NCBI GenBank assembly: GCA_964503885.1
Contig: CAZDCD010000009.1
Span: 54,526-118,525, forward strand
DNA length: 64,000 nt
From: an uncultured Bacteroidales bacterium
Lineage (GTDB): Bacteria > Bacteroidota > Bacteroidia > Bacteroidales > UBA10428
Direction: 5' to 3'
The notes beneath the pieces are model-generated. The model was given only the letters and a program-made list of their open reading frames with translations, was not told the DNA's origin and did no database searches. A program made the translations under genes and the position numbers. Shown here one piece after another: positions 40,044 through 49,686 of this stretch; within the stretch, counting starts at the first letter, position 1, and every line of letters begins with the position of its first letter.

Positions 40044-42038
40044 ATGAAAAGTTTAGTTATTGCAGCCTTTGTATTTGCCTGTTCATGCCTGACCACAGAT
40101 ATCTGTGCACAGTCGAAAAAATCGGCCAAAGCATATGAAACTTATGATGCAGGTGAATACTACAGGGCAATCGATGAATTTAAAGAAGCCTACCAGAAAA
40201 CCACCGATAAGAAAGAAAAACTGAATATTGCATTCTTCATTGCGGAATGTTTTCGCAAAACCGATAATCCGGCGCAATCCGAGATGTGGTACCGGAAAGT
40301 TCTGGAAAAAAATTATGAAAATCCGTTAGCCATTCTCTATTATGCTGATGCATTAAAAATGAATCAGAAATACGAGGAAGCCAAAGTTCAGTACCAGGCT
40401 TACAAGGAGCTGATTCCTGGTGACCCCAGGGGAAATAATGGTATTCTCTCCTGTGATCTGGCCCTTGAATGGATGGAATATCCCACAGGTTATGAAGTTG
40501 AAGAGATGAAATTCTTTAACTCAAAATACAGCGATTTCAGCCCGACTTTCGGCAGCGAAGATTACCGTACAGTGTATTTCACTTCTTCACGCGATGAAAC
40601 CATGGGAAAAGCCGAACACGGCGGTACAGGACAAAGTTTCTCGGATATTTTCGTTTCAACCATGGACCGTAAAGGCAAGTGGAGCGTGCCGGTTCCCCTT
40701 GAAGAACCGGTGAATACTGAAGCTGAAGAAGGAACTGCTGATGTAACCCTTGATTACAATACCATGTATTTTACCAGGTGTGACGTGAGCAAACGAAAAG
40801 CTATGGGATGCGAGATATATGTTGCCACAAGGAATGGGGAAAAATGGGGAAAAGTTGAATCACTTCAACTTAAATCAGACAGTATTGTGGTAGCCCATCC
40901 TGCAATATCACCCGACCAGCTGACCCTGTATTTCGTTTCCGATATGAATGGCAGCATCCAAAACGAAGAAGGCAGGAACAGCAAGGATCTGTGGAAGGTT
41001 ACCAGAAGCGACAGATCATCGGATTGGGGTGAGCCTGTGAATCTGGGTCCTACGATAAATACACCGGGCGATGAGCTGTTTCCTTATGTTCACGCCGACG
41101 GAACACTGTATTTTTCTTCCGACGGACAAATTGGGATGGGAGGCCTGGATATTTTCAAAGCAAAGATGAACGAATCAGGCAAATGGGACGTTCAAAACCT
41201 GCGATACCCTATTAACTCCTCTTCAGATGATTTCGGTATTGTTTTTGAAAAAGAACGGGAAAGCGGTTATTTTAGTTCCAGCAGAAAAGGAAGGGGTAAC
41301 GATGATATCTATTCTTTTCTTCTTCCGCCTCTTAAATTCTCAATCCTGGGAATTGTAAAAAATGCCAAAACCGATGAAATCATTCCCGAAGCAACGGTTA
41401 AATCAATCAGCAGCGATGGAATAACCATTGAAGCCACAACCTTGAAAGACGGCTCGTTTAAGTTTCTTCTGAAGCCCGGTACCGATTATGTATTCATTGC
41501 ATCAAAAGATGAAAAATTCTTGAAAGGAAAAGAACGGGAAACTACCAAAGGATTGGCAAAGAGCACGGAATTAAAGACAGAAATCTATCTCACTCCTATT
41601 GATCAGCCGATAGAAGTTGAAAATATATTCTTCGATCTCGATAAGTGGGATCTCAGGCCAGAATCACTGGTATCACTCGATAACCTGGTTGAAACACTAA
41701 AGGAAAACAGCAACATCACTATCGAGCTGGGTTCTCATACCGACTCCAGGGCCACCGATGAATACAATATGGAGCTTTCAAGAAAAAGAGCCCAGTCGGT
41801 GGTAAATTACCTGATTGAAAAAGGAATAGACAGGAATCGTCTGGTGGCTAAAGGTTACGGAGAATCTGTGCCCAAAGTGGTTGACACAAAAGATAACGAA
41901 CTTTACCCGTTTTTACCGGTCGGTACAAAACTTACCGATAGTTATATCAACAGTCTGCCTGATGACGATCAGAAAGAAATGGCACATTTCCTGAACAGAA
42001 GAACAGAATTTAAAGTTTTGAGAACAGATTATCAATAA
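40044..42038 (+). CDS. OmpA-family protein with TPR, beta-propeller-like and OmpA peptidoglycan-binding domains
   Basis: Signal peptide, then an N-terminal TPR region (YYRAIDEFKEAY, MWYRKVLEKN). PD40/TolB-like repeats (FSPTF..D..TVYFTS, HPAISPDQLTLYFVSD, ELFPYVHADGTLYFSSD). C-terminal OmpA motif (FFDLDKWDLRPES...LGSHTDSRATDEYNMELSRKRAQSV). Confidence 0.85.
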   Translation: MKSLVIAAFVFACSCLTTDICAQSKKSAKAYETYDAGEYYRAIDEFKEAYQKTTDKKEKLNIAFFIAECFRKTDNPAQSEMWYRKVLEKNYENPLAILYYADALKMNQKYEEAKVQYQAYKELIPGDPRGNNGILSCDLALEWMEYPTGYEVEEMKFFNSKYSDFSPTFGSEDYRTVYFTSSRDETMGKAEHGGTGQSFSDIFVSTMDRKGKWSVPVPLEEPVNTEAEEGTADVTLDYNTMYFTRCDVSKRKAMGCEIYVATRNGEKWGKVESLQLKSDSIVVAHPAISPDQLTLYFVSDMNGSIQNEEGRNSKDLWKVTRSDRSSDWGEPVNLGPTINTPGDELFPYVHADGTLYFSSDGQIGMGGLDIFKAKMNESGKWDVQNLRYPINSSSDDFGIVFEKERESGYFSSSRKGRGNDDIYSFLLPPLKFSILGIVKNAKTDEIIPEATVKSISSDGITIEATTLKDGSFKFLLKPGTDYVFIASKDEKFLKGKERETTKGLAKSTELKTEIYLTPIDQPIEVENIFFDLDKWDLRPESLVSLDNLVETLKENSNITIELGSHTDSRATDEYNMELSRKRAQSVVNYLIEKGIDRNRLVAKGYGESVPKVVDTKDNELYPFLPVGTKLTDSYINSLPDDDQKEMAHFLNRRTEFKVLRTDYQ

Positions 42039-42081
42039 GTCGGATTCATTCATTAATTTATTCAAATCGTCATTGCCGGTA

Positions 42082-42354
42082 ATGAAATGCAGACCAGGCT
42101 GCGGTGCCTGTTGTATCGTCCCTTCTATTTCCTCACCGATACCCGGTATGCCGGAAGGTAAACCGGCCGGCGTGAGGTGTATTCATCTGACAAAAGACCT
42201 GAAATGCGCACTTTTCGGAATGCCGGAAAGGCCTGATGTGTGCATAAGATTTAAGGCAGAAAAGCTTGTATGCGGGAATTCACAAACCGGGGCTGTAAAA
42301 AAGCTCGCCAGCCTTGAAGGTATTTCCTTTGAGAAGCTGCTCCTGAATCTTTAA
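42082..42354 (+). CDS. YkgJ-type cysteine-cluster (zinc/iron-chelating) protein
   Basis: MKCRPGCGACCIVPSISS ... C.LF....RPDVC. Start set to the ATG at 42082; the track start at 42073 is a TTG. Confidence 0.65.
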   Translation: MKCRPGCGACCIVPSISSPIPGMPEGKPAGVRCIHLTKDLKCALFGMPERPDVCIRFKAEKLVCGNSQTGAVKKLASLEGISFEKLLLNL

Positions 42355-42860
42355 AAACCGATATCTGAGGTGACTGCGGTATTGCTCTGGTTTCCTGCCC
42401 TGTCAACCATGTAGAATTCATACCTGATGGTATCGCTGTTAAAAGGCTTCTGTTCTAAGTAGTTAATATCAAGCGTTATATCCCCTTTAAGGGTTTTGTT
42501 CTGGCCGACCCGTTCCATCTTGGGATCGTATTCAATACGGTAAAACGGGGGTACTTCCAGGTTGGAAATATCAATCTCGGCATATTGTGTATCAATTTTG
42601 GCATACGGAAACAGGAACAGATTATATTTCAAAGTAGAATCGGCATTCAGTGTATCGTAATAATAAAGTCCGATATCTCCATCTCCGTCGATGAATGAAA
42701 ACACAAGCTTGCCGGAATATGTCCCGATATCTCCCGTGACTTTCTCCAGCTCGAAACTTTTAAAAGTTATTGCAGGAACTGGATCCACCGGCACAATTTT
42801 TTCGCAGGAAAGCATTATGACGAATGTTGCTATGGATAAAATAATACCTGTTTTTCTCAT
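42351..42860 (-). CDS. Small lipoprotein, function unknown
   Basis: Start set to the ATG at 42860 (MRKTGIILSIATFVIMLSCEK, a signal peptide plus lipobox). The track's 218-aa version would overlap der by 125 nt. Confidence 0.6.
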   Translation of the reverse strand: MRKTGIILSIATFVIMLSCEKIVPVDPVPAITFKSFELEKVTGDIGTYSGKLVFSFIDGDGDIGLYYYDTLNADSTLKYNLFLFPYAKIDTQYAEIDISNLEVPPFYRIEYDPKMERVGQNKTLKGDITLDINYLEQKPFNSDTIRYEFYMVDRAGNQSNTAVTSDIGF

Positions 42861-42882
42861 TATTGAAGCCGTTGCTGCAAAA

Positions 42883-44187
42883 TTACTTCTTTCTGATAAA
42901 AATTTGTATGGGAACCCCTGTAAATTTGAAATTCTCCCTGATCTTGTTCTCCAGGTACCTCTTATAGGGTTCCCTGACGTACTGCGGCAGATTGCAGAAA
43001 AAGGCAAATGAAGGTGAGTAGGTGGGCAACTGGGTAATATACTTGATTTTTATGTACTTCCCCTTAACTGCCGGAGGCGGATAACTATTCACGGCTTCAA
43101 GCATCACTTCATTAAGGGTAGATGTAGGTATCTTTTTCTTCCGGTTCTCAAAAATATCCAGCGCCGTTTCCAACACTTTGTGGACTCTCTGCTTTGTAAT
43201 CGCAGAAATAAAAATTACAGGCACATCCTGAAATGGCGCCGTCTTGTCCGTTATGTATTTTTTATAGGCGGCGGCAGTATGCGTGTCCTTTTCAACTAGA
43301 TCCCATTTGTTTACCAGGACAACGATCCCCTTTCTGTTCCTTTTCACAAGGCTAAAAATATTCAGGTCCTGTGATTCGAACCCTTTGACAGCATCGATCA
43401 GCAACAGGCATACATCAGAGTTTTCTATTGCCCTCACCGAACGCATAACCGAATAGAACTCGATATTATCGGTAACCTTGCCTTTTTTTCTGAGACCTGC
43501 CGTATCCACCAGATAAAAATCATAATTGAACTTTCTGTACCGGGTATATATAGAATCGCGGGTAGTACCTGATAATGGGGTCACTATATTCCTGTCCTCT
43601 CCGATGAGTGTGTTGATCAATGAAGATTTGCCCACATTGGGCCTGCCAATAACTGCAATACGCGGTAAATCGGATATTTCTTCAGAAGTTTTATTCGGCA
43701 GCGACAGGACCAGATCATCAAGAAGCTCTCCTGTGCCGCTACCGTTCATTGAGGAAATACAGTAAATCTCGCCGAGACCAAGGCTGTAGAAAACTGTTGC
43801 ATCATAATATTCGCTTGACTGATCGACTTTATTGATGACCAGAAAAGATTTTTTCCGGCTTTTTCGTAAAATTTCTGCCATAGACTCATCAAGATCGGTT
43901 AATCCCGATTTCACATCCACCATAAACAGAATGGCGTCGGCCTCATCGATAGCAAGATGAACCTGTTTCCTGATTTCTTCTTCGAAAATATCATCCGAAT
44001 TCCGGACATACCCGCCGGTATCGATCACAGAAAACTCCAGCCCGTTCCATAACGTTTTTCCGTAATGACGATCACGGGTCACTCCACTTGTTTCATCCAC
44101 TATGGCTTCTTTGCTTTCGGTCAGCCGGTTAAATAACGTGGATTTACCTACATTCGGTCTGCCTACAATTGCTACAATATTCGACAT
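42883..44187 (-). CDS. der: Ribosome-associated GTPase Der (EngA)
   Basis: Two tandem G domains ([14 protein letters not shown] and [18 protein letters not shown] and [12 protein letters not shown] and NKWD) plus a KH-like C-terminus. 434 aa. Confidence 0.95.
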   Translation of the reverse strand: MSNIVAIVGRPNVGKSTLFNRLTESKEAIVDETSGVTRDRHYGKTLWNGLEFSVIDTGGYVRNSDDIFEEEIRKQVHLAIDEADAILFMVDVKSGLTDLDESMAEILRKSRKKSFLVINKVDQSSEYYDATVFYSLGLGEIYCISSMNGSGTGELLDDLVLSLPNKTSEEISDLPRIAVIGRPNVGKSSLINTLIGEDRNIVTPLSGTTRDSIYTRYRKFNYDFYLVDTAGLRKKGKVTDNIEFYSVMRSVRAIENSDVCLLLIDAVKGFESQDLNIFSLVKRNRKGIVVLVNKWDLVEKDTHTAAAYKKYITDKTAPFQDVPVIFISAITKQRVHKVLETALDIFENRKKKIPTSTLNEVMLEAVNSYPPPAVKGKYIKIKYITQLPTYSPSFAFFCNLPQYVREPYKRYLENKIRENFKFTGVPIQIFIRKK

Positions 44188-44204
44188 TGTTTAAATTTAC
44201 TGAT

Positions 44205-45083
44205 TCATTGATACCCAAAACCCCGAAGAAAGGTTGCTTTATCGCGCCAGTCCTTTTTCACTTTTACAAAAAGTTCAAGATACACTTTTTTACCGAGAAA
44301 TTTTTCAATATCGATGCGTGCTTGTGTAGCAGCCTTTTTCAGGGCTTTTCCCTGGTGCCCGATAATAATTCCTTTCTGGGATTCGCGTACGACATATATA
44401 ATTCCTTCAACATGAACCAATCTGTCAGTTTCCTTGAACAATTCAATTTCAACCTGAACAGAATACGGAATTTCTTTCCTGTAATTCACAAGGATTTTCT
44501 CCCTGATGATTTCAGACACAAAGAATTTTACCGGTTTATCGGTCATCGTATCCTTCGGATAAAAGGGAGGATTTTCGGGGAGCAGGGCAATTATTCTGTC
44601 GAACAGGTAAGTGAGGTTACCTTTATGAAGCGCTGATACAGGGATGATCTCGGCATCGGGCAAAGCACTTTTCCAAAGATCAAAACTCAATTCAACGCTG
44701 GCCTGATCGCTTTTGTCTATTTTATTCAGCGCAACAATTACAGGTGCCTGCGTTGTTTTTAACCGTTCAAGATAACCGGAGGATTTTCCGGATTTTCCGG
44801 TCATGTCGGTTACATACAGAATAATATCCGCATCAAGAAATGCAGAGGAAACATATTTCATCATCGACTCCTGCAAAAGATAGCCGGGTTTAATGATACC
44901 TGGTGTGTCTGAGTAAACGATCTGAAAATCATCACCGTTTACAATGCCCATAATGCGGTGCCTCGTGGTCTGCGCTTTAGAGGTGATAATAGAAAGTTTT
45001 TCGCCCACAAGAGCATTCATTAATGTTGATTTTCCCACGTTCGGGTTACCGATTATGTTTACAAATCCAGCCTTATGCGACAT
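44205..45083 (-). CDS. era: GTPase Era
   Basis: [24 protein letters not shown] and a C-terminal KH domain (VVRESQKGIIIGHQGKALK). 292 aa. Confidence 0.95.
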   Translation of the reverse strand: MSHKAGFVNIIGNPNVGKSTLMNALVGEKLSIITSKAQTTRHRIMGIVNGDDFQIVYSDTPGIIKPGYLLQESMMKYVSSAFLDADIILYVTDMTGKSGKSSGYLERLKTTQAPVIVALNKIDKSDQASVELSFDLWKSALPDAEIIPVSALHKGNLTYLFDRIIALLPENPPFYPKDTMTDKPVKFFVSEIIREKILVNYRKEIPYSVQVEIELFKETDRLVHVEGIIYVVRESQKGIIIGHQGKALKKAATQARIDIEKFLGKKVYLELFVKVKKDWRDKATFLRGFGYQ

Positions 45084-45085
45084 TC

Positions 45086-47575
45086 CTATATATTTAACAA
45101 AAATGTTATTTTAACTGCCAAATTATCGCGAAACCTTGAAAAGGAATAAGGACCATAACGATAAAACAGGCCAATGCCATAACCGATGAATTTCTGTTCG
45201 ATCAGGTTATTCAATAAAATACCGCTCTCGTAAAAACCTTTTGAAAGGGTGCTGAATTCAATATTCCTGTGTTGTTCTGCATGTTCAAGCCAACCAAATC
45301 CGATATTTGTGGCAAGGGCTATCGTGGGAGAAAACTTTTTGGCCCTGAAAAAGAGCTTCCCGAAATCCTGTTTATAGAACATTGAAAAAAAACTGTTTGA
45401 AAGAAACTCGTTAAACCGCATTGTTGAAAAGGAATTTTCAGTCTCTATACCGATTGTTTTGTAGCTTCCGTTTCCTGAATAGAGTCTTGAATACGGGATA
45501 TTTCCTGAGGCATAACCCATGACAACCCTGATTTTCGAATCTCCTAACCGTCTTGTTGTAAATGTTTTGTCCAATTTAGTCTCGATCCTTGTAAATGAAA
45601 AATCCCCTCCGAACCAATACATTCCCCGTGAGATATTAAGATATACAATTGGGTATTTTGTCCCCAGCGAAAATTTATTGCCTCGCGGGGTCACCATAAA
45701 ACCTTCTCCAAATGCATACCGCAACATCACGCCTGCTTCGGTATAATCAAATCTGTTGATTAATATTTCGGGAGTATGCTCTGAAATGCTGAACATATAA
45801 GGGCCTGTTGCCGATACATGTGAAATATTAAAAAATACATTCGATTTCAGGTATTTAAACATTTTCCAGGATATGCTAAGTTGTTTACTCTTCAGATTGT
45901 CCATGTTTTCAACCATATATTTCCGGTATGATTCTGAGGAGACCAGCGATAATTGCTCCAGGAATCCGATACTCCCCAACTCTTCAAGATCATCCAGGTA
46001 ACCGATCCGCAATGATCCTTCGTACCTGATGCTGAAATGGAATTCCGCAAAAAAACCGTATTTCCAGTTTCTGTCTCTTAACCCATATGCAACATGTCCT
46101 CCTGCTGAAAACAATCCCGAAAGATTTTTATTGGTGATGCCTCCCAGTCCGAATCTCCATCCCTCAAATGAATTGTAACTGACCAATGACCTGAGATCAA
46201 GGTCAAAATAGTTGCCTGGAAGGTACCCGGTCATAAACGATTCGAATGTATTGAAAGTCTGATCGAAATGATGTACTTTCCCGATGCTGTCTACCGTATG
46301 GTATGTTTCCTCTTCTTTTTGGGTCAACGATTCAGGCCGGTATCTGTCCCATATATCCCCGGGTATCCGGTGTGCACTCTCATTGATATTTACGTAATCG
46401 CCGCTAAATTCTCTTTTGTCAAGCTCCGGATTCAAACGTATATTCAAGAGGTATGATTTGCCGATGCCGATCACTTTCATTGACCGTGTATTCGTCTGTG
46501 CCACAATATTATTAAAGATCAGATTGGTATTCAGTTGTACCGGAAACCAATGACTGCCGTCCACCAGTTCATACTTTTGCTGAATTTTAACCGAAAACAA
46601 CTCATTTTGTTGTTCGCAGGCTTCTGCTATTACATTTTGAATTGCCCATTTGTATGAATTGATATACAGGACGCCCTTCAGCCCGTCAAAGTTCATTCCA
46701 TTTTTCGGCCGGAATGAAATAATAAATACGGTATCGTTTCTTGCGGTAAACAATGAGTCTTCAAGAAGAAAAAAATATTTCGAAGTGCTCACCGGATTAA
46801 TCGGATTTAAATATTTTTTATCAGCCAGTGCTATAAAGTCATCGTAAAATGAGAATGACTTGAATTGCTTTGCCATAATGACAAACGAAGGCCTTTCAAA
46901 TCCCGATATTCTCGAAGCTATGATTTCTTCCTTGTTCTTGTCAGGATAAATGAATTTACGGCTGCTGATCGATTCCATCATCAGCAGGTATTGCCTGCTT
47001 AGAAATTCCCTGGCAGTTGAATCCGGGGCATCCTCAGTCTCAAACTGTGCTATTTCTTCCGGGTATTTGCGGCGTTTCCTTTGATTTTTTGGTTCCGCCA
47101 GGCTGTCCATATCAGTAGTGAATACCATTTTGTCATAAGCGATATATGAGAACGAACCTACAGTTTCGGGATGATTCGTTTTCCGGTTTGCCGAAGCCAG
47201 TTCAATAATCCTGTGCGCAGGATTAACACCTGGACGCACATAAATTTCATCAAGTAAATATAATTTTGGACAAAGGGTTACCTTTATTTTTTCAGTCCCC
47301 AGTAAATTCGCTGGGATTATAGTTTTATGGTTGTATCCTACATAACTGAACAGAAGTTTTTCAGGCTTATTGTCAAGCCGAAGGTCGAATTTTCCATCCA
47401 GAGAGGATACAATACCTTTTCCGGAATCGTCGTAAATGATATTCACAAATGCCAGCGGTTCAGCGGTGATACTGTCGGTAACAGTCCCGGTTAAAATATA
47501 GGATTGGCCGGCCACCTGTCCGCCAAGAAAGACAATTAGAAAAAGAATAATATTTCGGTAACAATAAGCCTTCAT
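45086..47575 (-). CDS. CarboxypepD_reg-like domain protein with a large beta-rich C-terminal region (DUF5686-like)
   Basis: Signal peptide, then LTGTVTDSITAEPLAFVNIIYDDSGKGIVSSLDGKFDL (carboxypeptidase regulatory-like fold). The 829 aa size and aromatic-rich alternating C-terminus suggest an outer-membrane barrel. Family assignment is from memory. The stop lies 2 nt before the era start. Confidence 0.65.
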   Translation of the reverse strand: MKAYCYRNIILFLIVFLGGQVAGQSYILTGTVTDSITAEPLAFVNIIYDDSGKGIVSSLDGKFDLRLDNKPEKLLFSYVGYNHKTIIPANLLGTEKIKVTLCPKLYLLDEIYVRPGVNPAHRIIELASANRKTNHPETVGSFSYIAYDKMVFTTDMDSLAEPKNQRKRRKYPEEIAQFETEDAPDSTAREFLSRQYLLMMESISSRKFIYPDKNKEEIIASRISGFERPSFVIMAKQFKSFSFYDDFIALADKKYLNPINPVSTSKYFFLLEDSLFTARNDTVFIISFRPKNGMNFDGLKGVLYINSYKWAIQNVIAEACEQQNELFSVKIQQKYELVDGSHWFPVQLNTNLIFNNIVAQTNTRSMKVIGIGKSYLLNIRLNPELDKREFSGDYVNINESAHRIPGDIWDRYRPESLTQKEEETYHTVDSIGKVHHFDQTFNTFESFMTGYLPGNYFDLDLRSLVSYNSFEGWRFGLGGITNKNLSGLFSAGGHVAYGLRDRNWKYGFFAEFHFSIRYEGSLRIGYLDDLEELGSIGFLEQLSLVSSESYRKYMVENMDNLKSKQLSISWKMFKYLKSNVFFNISHVSATGPYMFSISEHTPEILINRFDYTEAGVMLRYAFGEGFMVTPRGNKFSLGTKYPIVYLNISRGMYWFGGDFSFTRIETKLDKTFTTRRLGDSKIRVVMGYASGNIPYSRLYSGNGSYKTIGIETENSFSTMRFNEFLSNSFFSMFYKQDFGKLFFRAKKFSPTIALATNIGFGWLEHAEQHRNIEFSTLSKGFYESGILLNNLIEQKFIGYGIGLFYRYGPYSFSRFRDNLAVKITFLLNI

Positions 47576-47674
47576 TCCTTTTGTATACGTTTTAATTCAC
47601 TCAGCTCATTTTTCAGGCATGATTGTTCCCCGCAGCATTCCATAAGTCTGATGGGTATATGATTCTTTATGCGG

Positions 47675-47682
47675 CAAATATA
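47675..47682 (-). promoter_or_regulatory. -7 promoter box upstream of the DUF5686-like/era/der genes
   Basis: Exact TATATTTG on the minus strand, about 99 nt upstream of the ATG at 47575 and just downstream of the GC-rich element. Confidence 0.4.
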
Positions 47683-47708
47683 TCTTTTTTTATGCTTTCC
47701 GGCACATT

Positions 47709-47806
47709 ACCGGATACTGGATGTCGTAGCGCAGCGGAGATCCCCTGCCTGCCGGCAGACAGGCGTCAGGCAGGCGCCAAGGTGGGACTGGATGCCGGAT
47801 GTCGGC
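47709..47806. repeat. GC-rich palindromic and direct-repeat intergenic element
   Basis: 8-bp stem CCTGCCTG (47744-47751) pairs with CAGGCAGG (47767-47774). Embedded 10-bp palindrome CTGCCGGCAG (47749-47758). Flanking reshuffled direct words CCGGAT (47710, 47795), ACTGGATG (47716, 47787) and GGATGTCG (47719, 47797). Much more GC-rich than its surroundings. Confidence 0.6.
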
Positions 47807-48529
47807 TTATCTTAACTCAAAATTCTTACCCAGGTATACTCTTCTTACCTGCTCATCTTCAGCAAGTTCCTGTGCTGTACCCGACTTAAGTATCTCTCCT
47901 TCAAAAAGAAGGTATGCACGGTCGGTGATGGATAAGGTTTCATGAACGTTATGATCGGTAATGAGAATGCCGATATTTTTGGTCTTTAGCTTGGCAACGA
48001 TTTCCTGAATATCTTCAACAGCTATGGGGTCAACACCTGCAAAAGGCTCATCCAGTAAAATAAATTTAGGGTTGAGTGAGAGTGCCCTGGCTATTTCGGT
48101 TCTCCGTCTTTCACCTCCTGAAAGCTGAATACCCAGGCTCTTTCTTATTTTCTGCAAGCCGAATTCATTGAGCAAAGATTCCACCCTGAAACGTTGCTCT
48201 TCCCTTGTAAGCGATGTCATTTCAAGAACAGCACGAATATTGTTTTCGACACTTAATTTTCTGAATACCGATGCTTCCTGTGCAAGGTAACCGATACCCT
48301 TCCGTGCACGCTTGTATACGGGTTCATGCGTAACATCAGTATTATCCAGGAAAATCCTTCCTTCATTTGGTTGTATAAGACCTACAATCATATAAAACGA
48401 TGTGGTCTTACCCGCACCGTTAGGTCCGAGGAGACCTACGATCTCACCCTGCTCCACATTGATTGAAACGTTTTTTACAACGACCCTGTTTCGGTACCTT
48501 TTAACAAGATTCTCAGTACGAAGAATCAT
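47807..48529 (-). CDS. lptB: LPS export ABC transporter ATP-binding protein
   Basis: [32 protein letters not shown] and [12 protein letters not shown]. The 240 aa size and sequence are typical of LptB. Confidence 0.9.
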   Translation of the reverse strand: MILRTENLVKRYRNRVVVKNVSINVEQGEIVGLLGPNGAGKTTSFYMIVGLIQPNEGRIFLDNTDVTHEPVYKRARKGIGYLAQEASVFRKLSVENNIRAVLEMTSLTREEQRFRVESLLNEFGLQKIRKSLGIQLSGGERRRTEIARALSLNPKFILLDEPFAGVDPIAVEDIQEIVAKLKTKNIGILITDHNVHETLSITDRAYLLFEGEILKSGTAQELAEDEQVRRVYLGKNFELR

Positions 48530-48588
48530 TTCTAGTATATTTATTAATTAAGATGAATAACCTCGATAGTTGTTACAAATAGCTTTAC

Positions 48589-49404
48589 CTACCCTGCCGT
48601 TTTTGCCGCATTGCTTTTTTCAATCCTTCTTGATATGGAAATACTTATTTCATACAATACGATCAACGGTAAAGAAACCAGAATCTGGCTGAAAATGTCC
48701 GGAGGAGTGATAATGGCTGCAAGAACAAGAATTACGACCAGGGCATGCCGCCGGTATTTTTTTAAAAATGCCGGAGTAACCAACCCTATTTTACTCAAAA
48801 AATAAACGATAGCAGGCAATTCGAATAACACCCCACTAGCCAGAGTCACCGATGATACCGTTGATACATAGGACATCAGGTTTATCTCATTGTCAACCTG
48901 CTGGCTCACTCTGTAAGATCCCAGAAAATGAACCGACATCGGTGAAATGATATAATACCCGAACAGAACCCCGCAAATAAACAGTAAAGAAATATACAAC
49001 ACGGCACCCCTGGCGTGTTTCTTTTCATTCTGATACAGTGCGGGTTTCAGAAACCTCCAGAATTCGAAAAATATGTATGGAAATGAAACCACCAACCCGG
49101 CAATCAGTGAAATTTTTATATGAGCCATAAACTGTCCTGCCATATAAATACTCTTTAATTCAAACGGTTTTGAATTGATGCATAACTTTGGAACATTCAC
49201 CGCCATACCCAGTTTGCAGAGCATTCTGTTAGTCCAGAATCCGGGGTTTTTGGGAGCTATAATGATGTCGTCGAATACAATTGATTTGTAAATAAAGGCA
49301 ACAACCGCAATAATAAAAACAACAATAAATGACCGTATCAGATGCCACCTCAATTCTTCAAGATGCTCCAGGAACGACATTTCTGATCTGGAATTCATTT
49401 TCAT
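48589..49404 (-). CDS. tatC: Twin-arginine translocase subunit TatC
   Basis: MSFLEHLEELRWHLIRS and six TM helices. The track start at 49428 is a GTG; I prefer the ATG at 49404, and the ATG at 49380 is also possible. Confidence 0.9.
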   Translation of the reverse strand: MKMNSRSEMSFLEHLEELRWHLIRSFIVVFIIAVVAFIYKSIVFDDIIIAPKNPGFWTNRMLCKLGMAVNVPKLCINSKPFELKSIYMAGQFMAHIKISLIAGLVVSFPYIFFEFWRFLKPALYQNEKKHARGAVLYISLLFICGVLFGYYIISPMSVHFLGSYRVSQQVDNEINLMSYVSTVSSVTLASGVLFELPAIVYFLSKIGLVTPAFLKKYRRHALVVILVLAAIITPPDIFSQILVSLPLIVLYEISISISRRIEKSNAAKTAG

Positions 49405-49686
49405 TCGGTCAATTTTGTACCCAATCACAAATGCCGGGAAAAAATAGGCTTTCCTGCGTGTGCAATTGAAAAAAAGTTTATAAATTTAGTTTACAAATGT
49501 ATTCATTATTCTTAATTTTTATAAAGAGTAAATCAACTTTAAAGGATATTTTGCAGGTATAACAATTTAACTGTTCATTCGTATAAGCCAGTGCATTAGG
49601 TTGAGTTTGCATTTCGGATTTTAGGATTGAGGTCTTTTGTATGGATGATCCGGGAACAGTTAATCGTGAAATAATATTGTTTGGAA

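Noticed and set aside
42861-43007. N-terminal extension of the lipoprotein ORF overlapping der by 125 nt
   Set aside because: The extension is Arg/Ser-rich junk preceding a perfect signal peptide and lipobox that begins at the ATG at 42860. I shortened the gene.
44169-44636. 155-aa plus-strand ORF overlapping era and the der start
   Set aside because: It is antisense to era, which has all the G motifs. The product is Phe/Asn-rich with no motif.
47719-47745. tRNA-like string GGATGTCGTAGCGCAGCGGA (resembles an acceptor stem plus D-arm)
   Set aside because: No complementary D-stem closure, anticodon arm, T-arm (GTTCRANYC) or acceptor 3-prime strand follows, so it is not a tRNA.
47623-47889. 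88-aa ORF spanning the GC-rich element and the 3-prime end of lptB
   Set aside because: The frame is kept open by the GC-rich repeat (it translates as ...DTGCRSAAEIPCLPADRRQAGAKVGLDAGCR...), and it overlaps lptB and the promoter of the next operon. It is better explained as a non-coding repeat.
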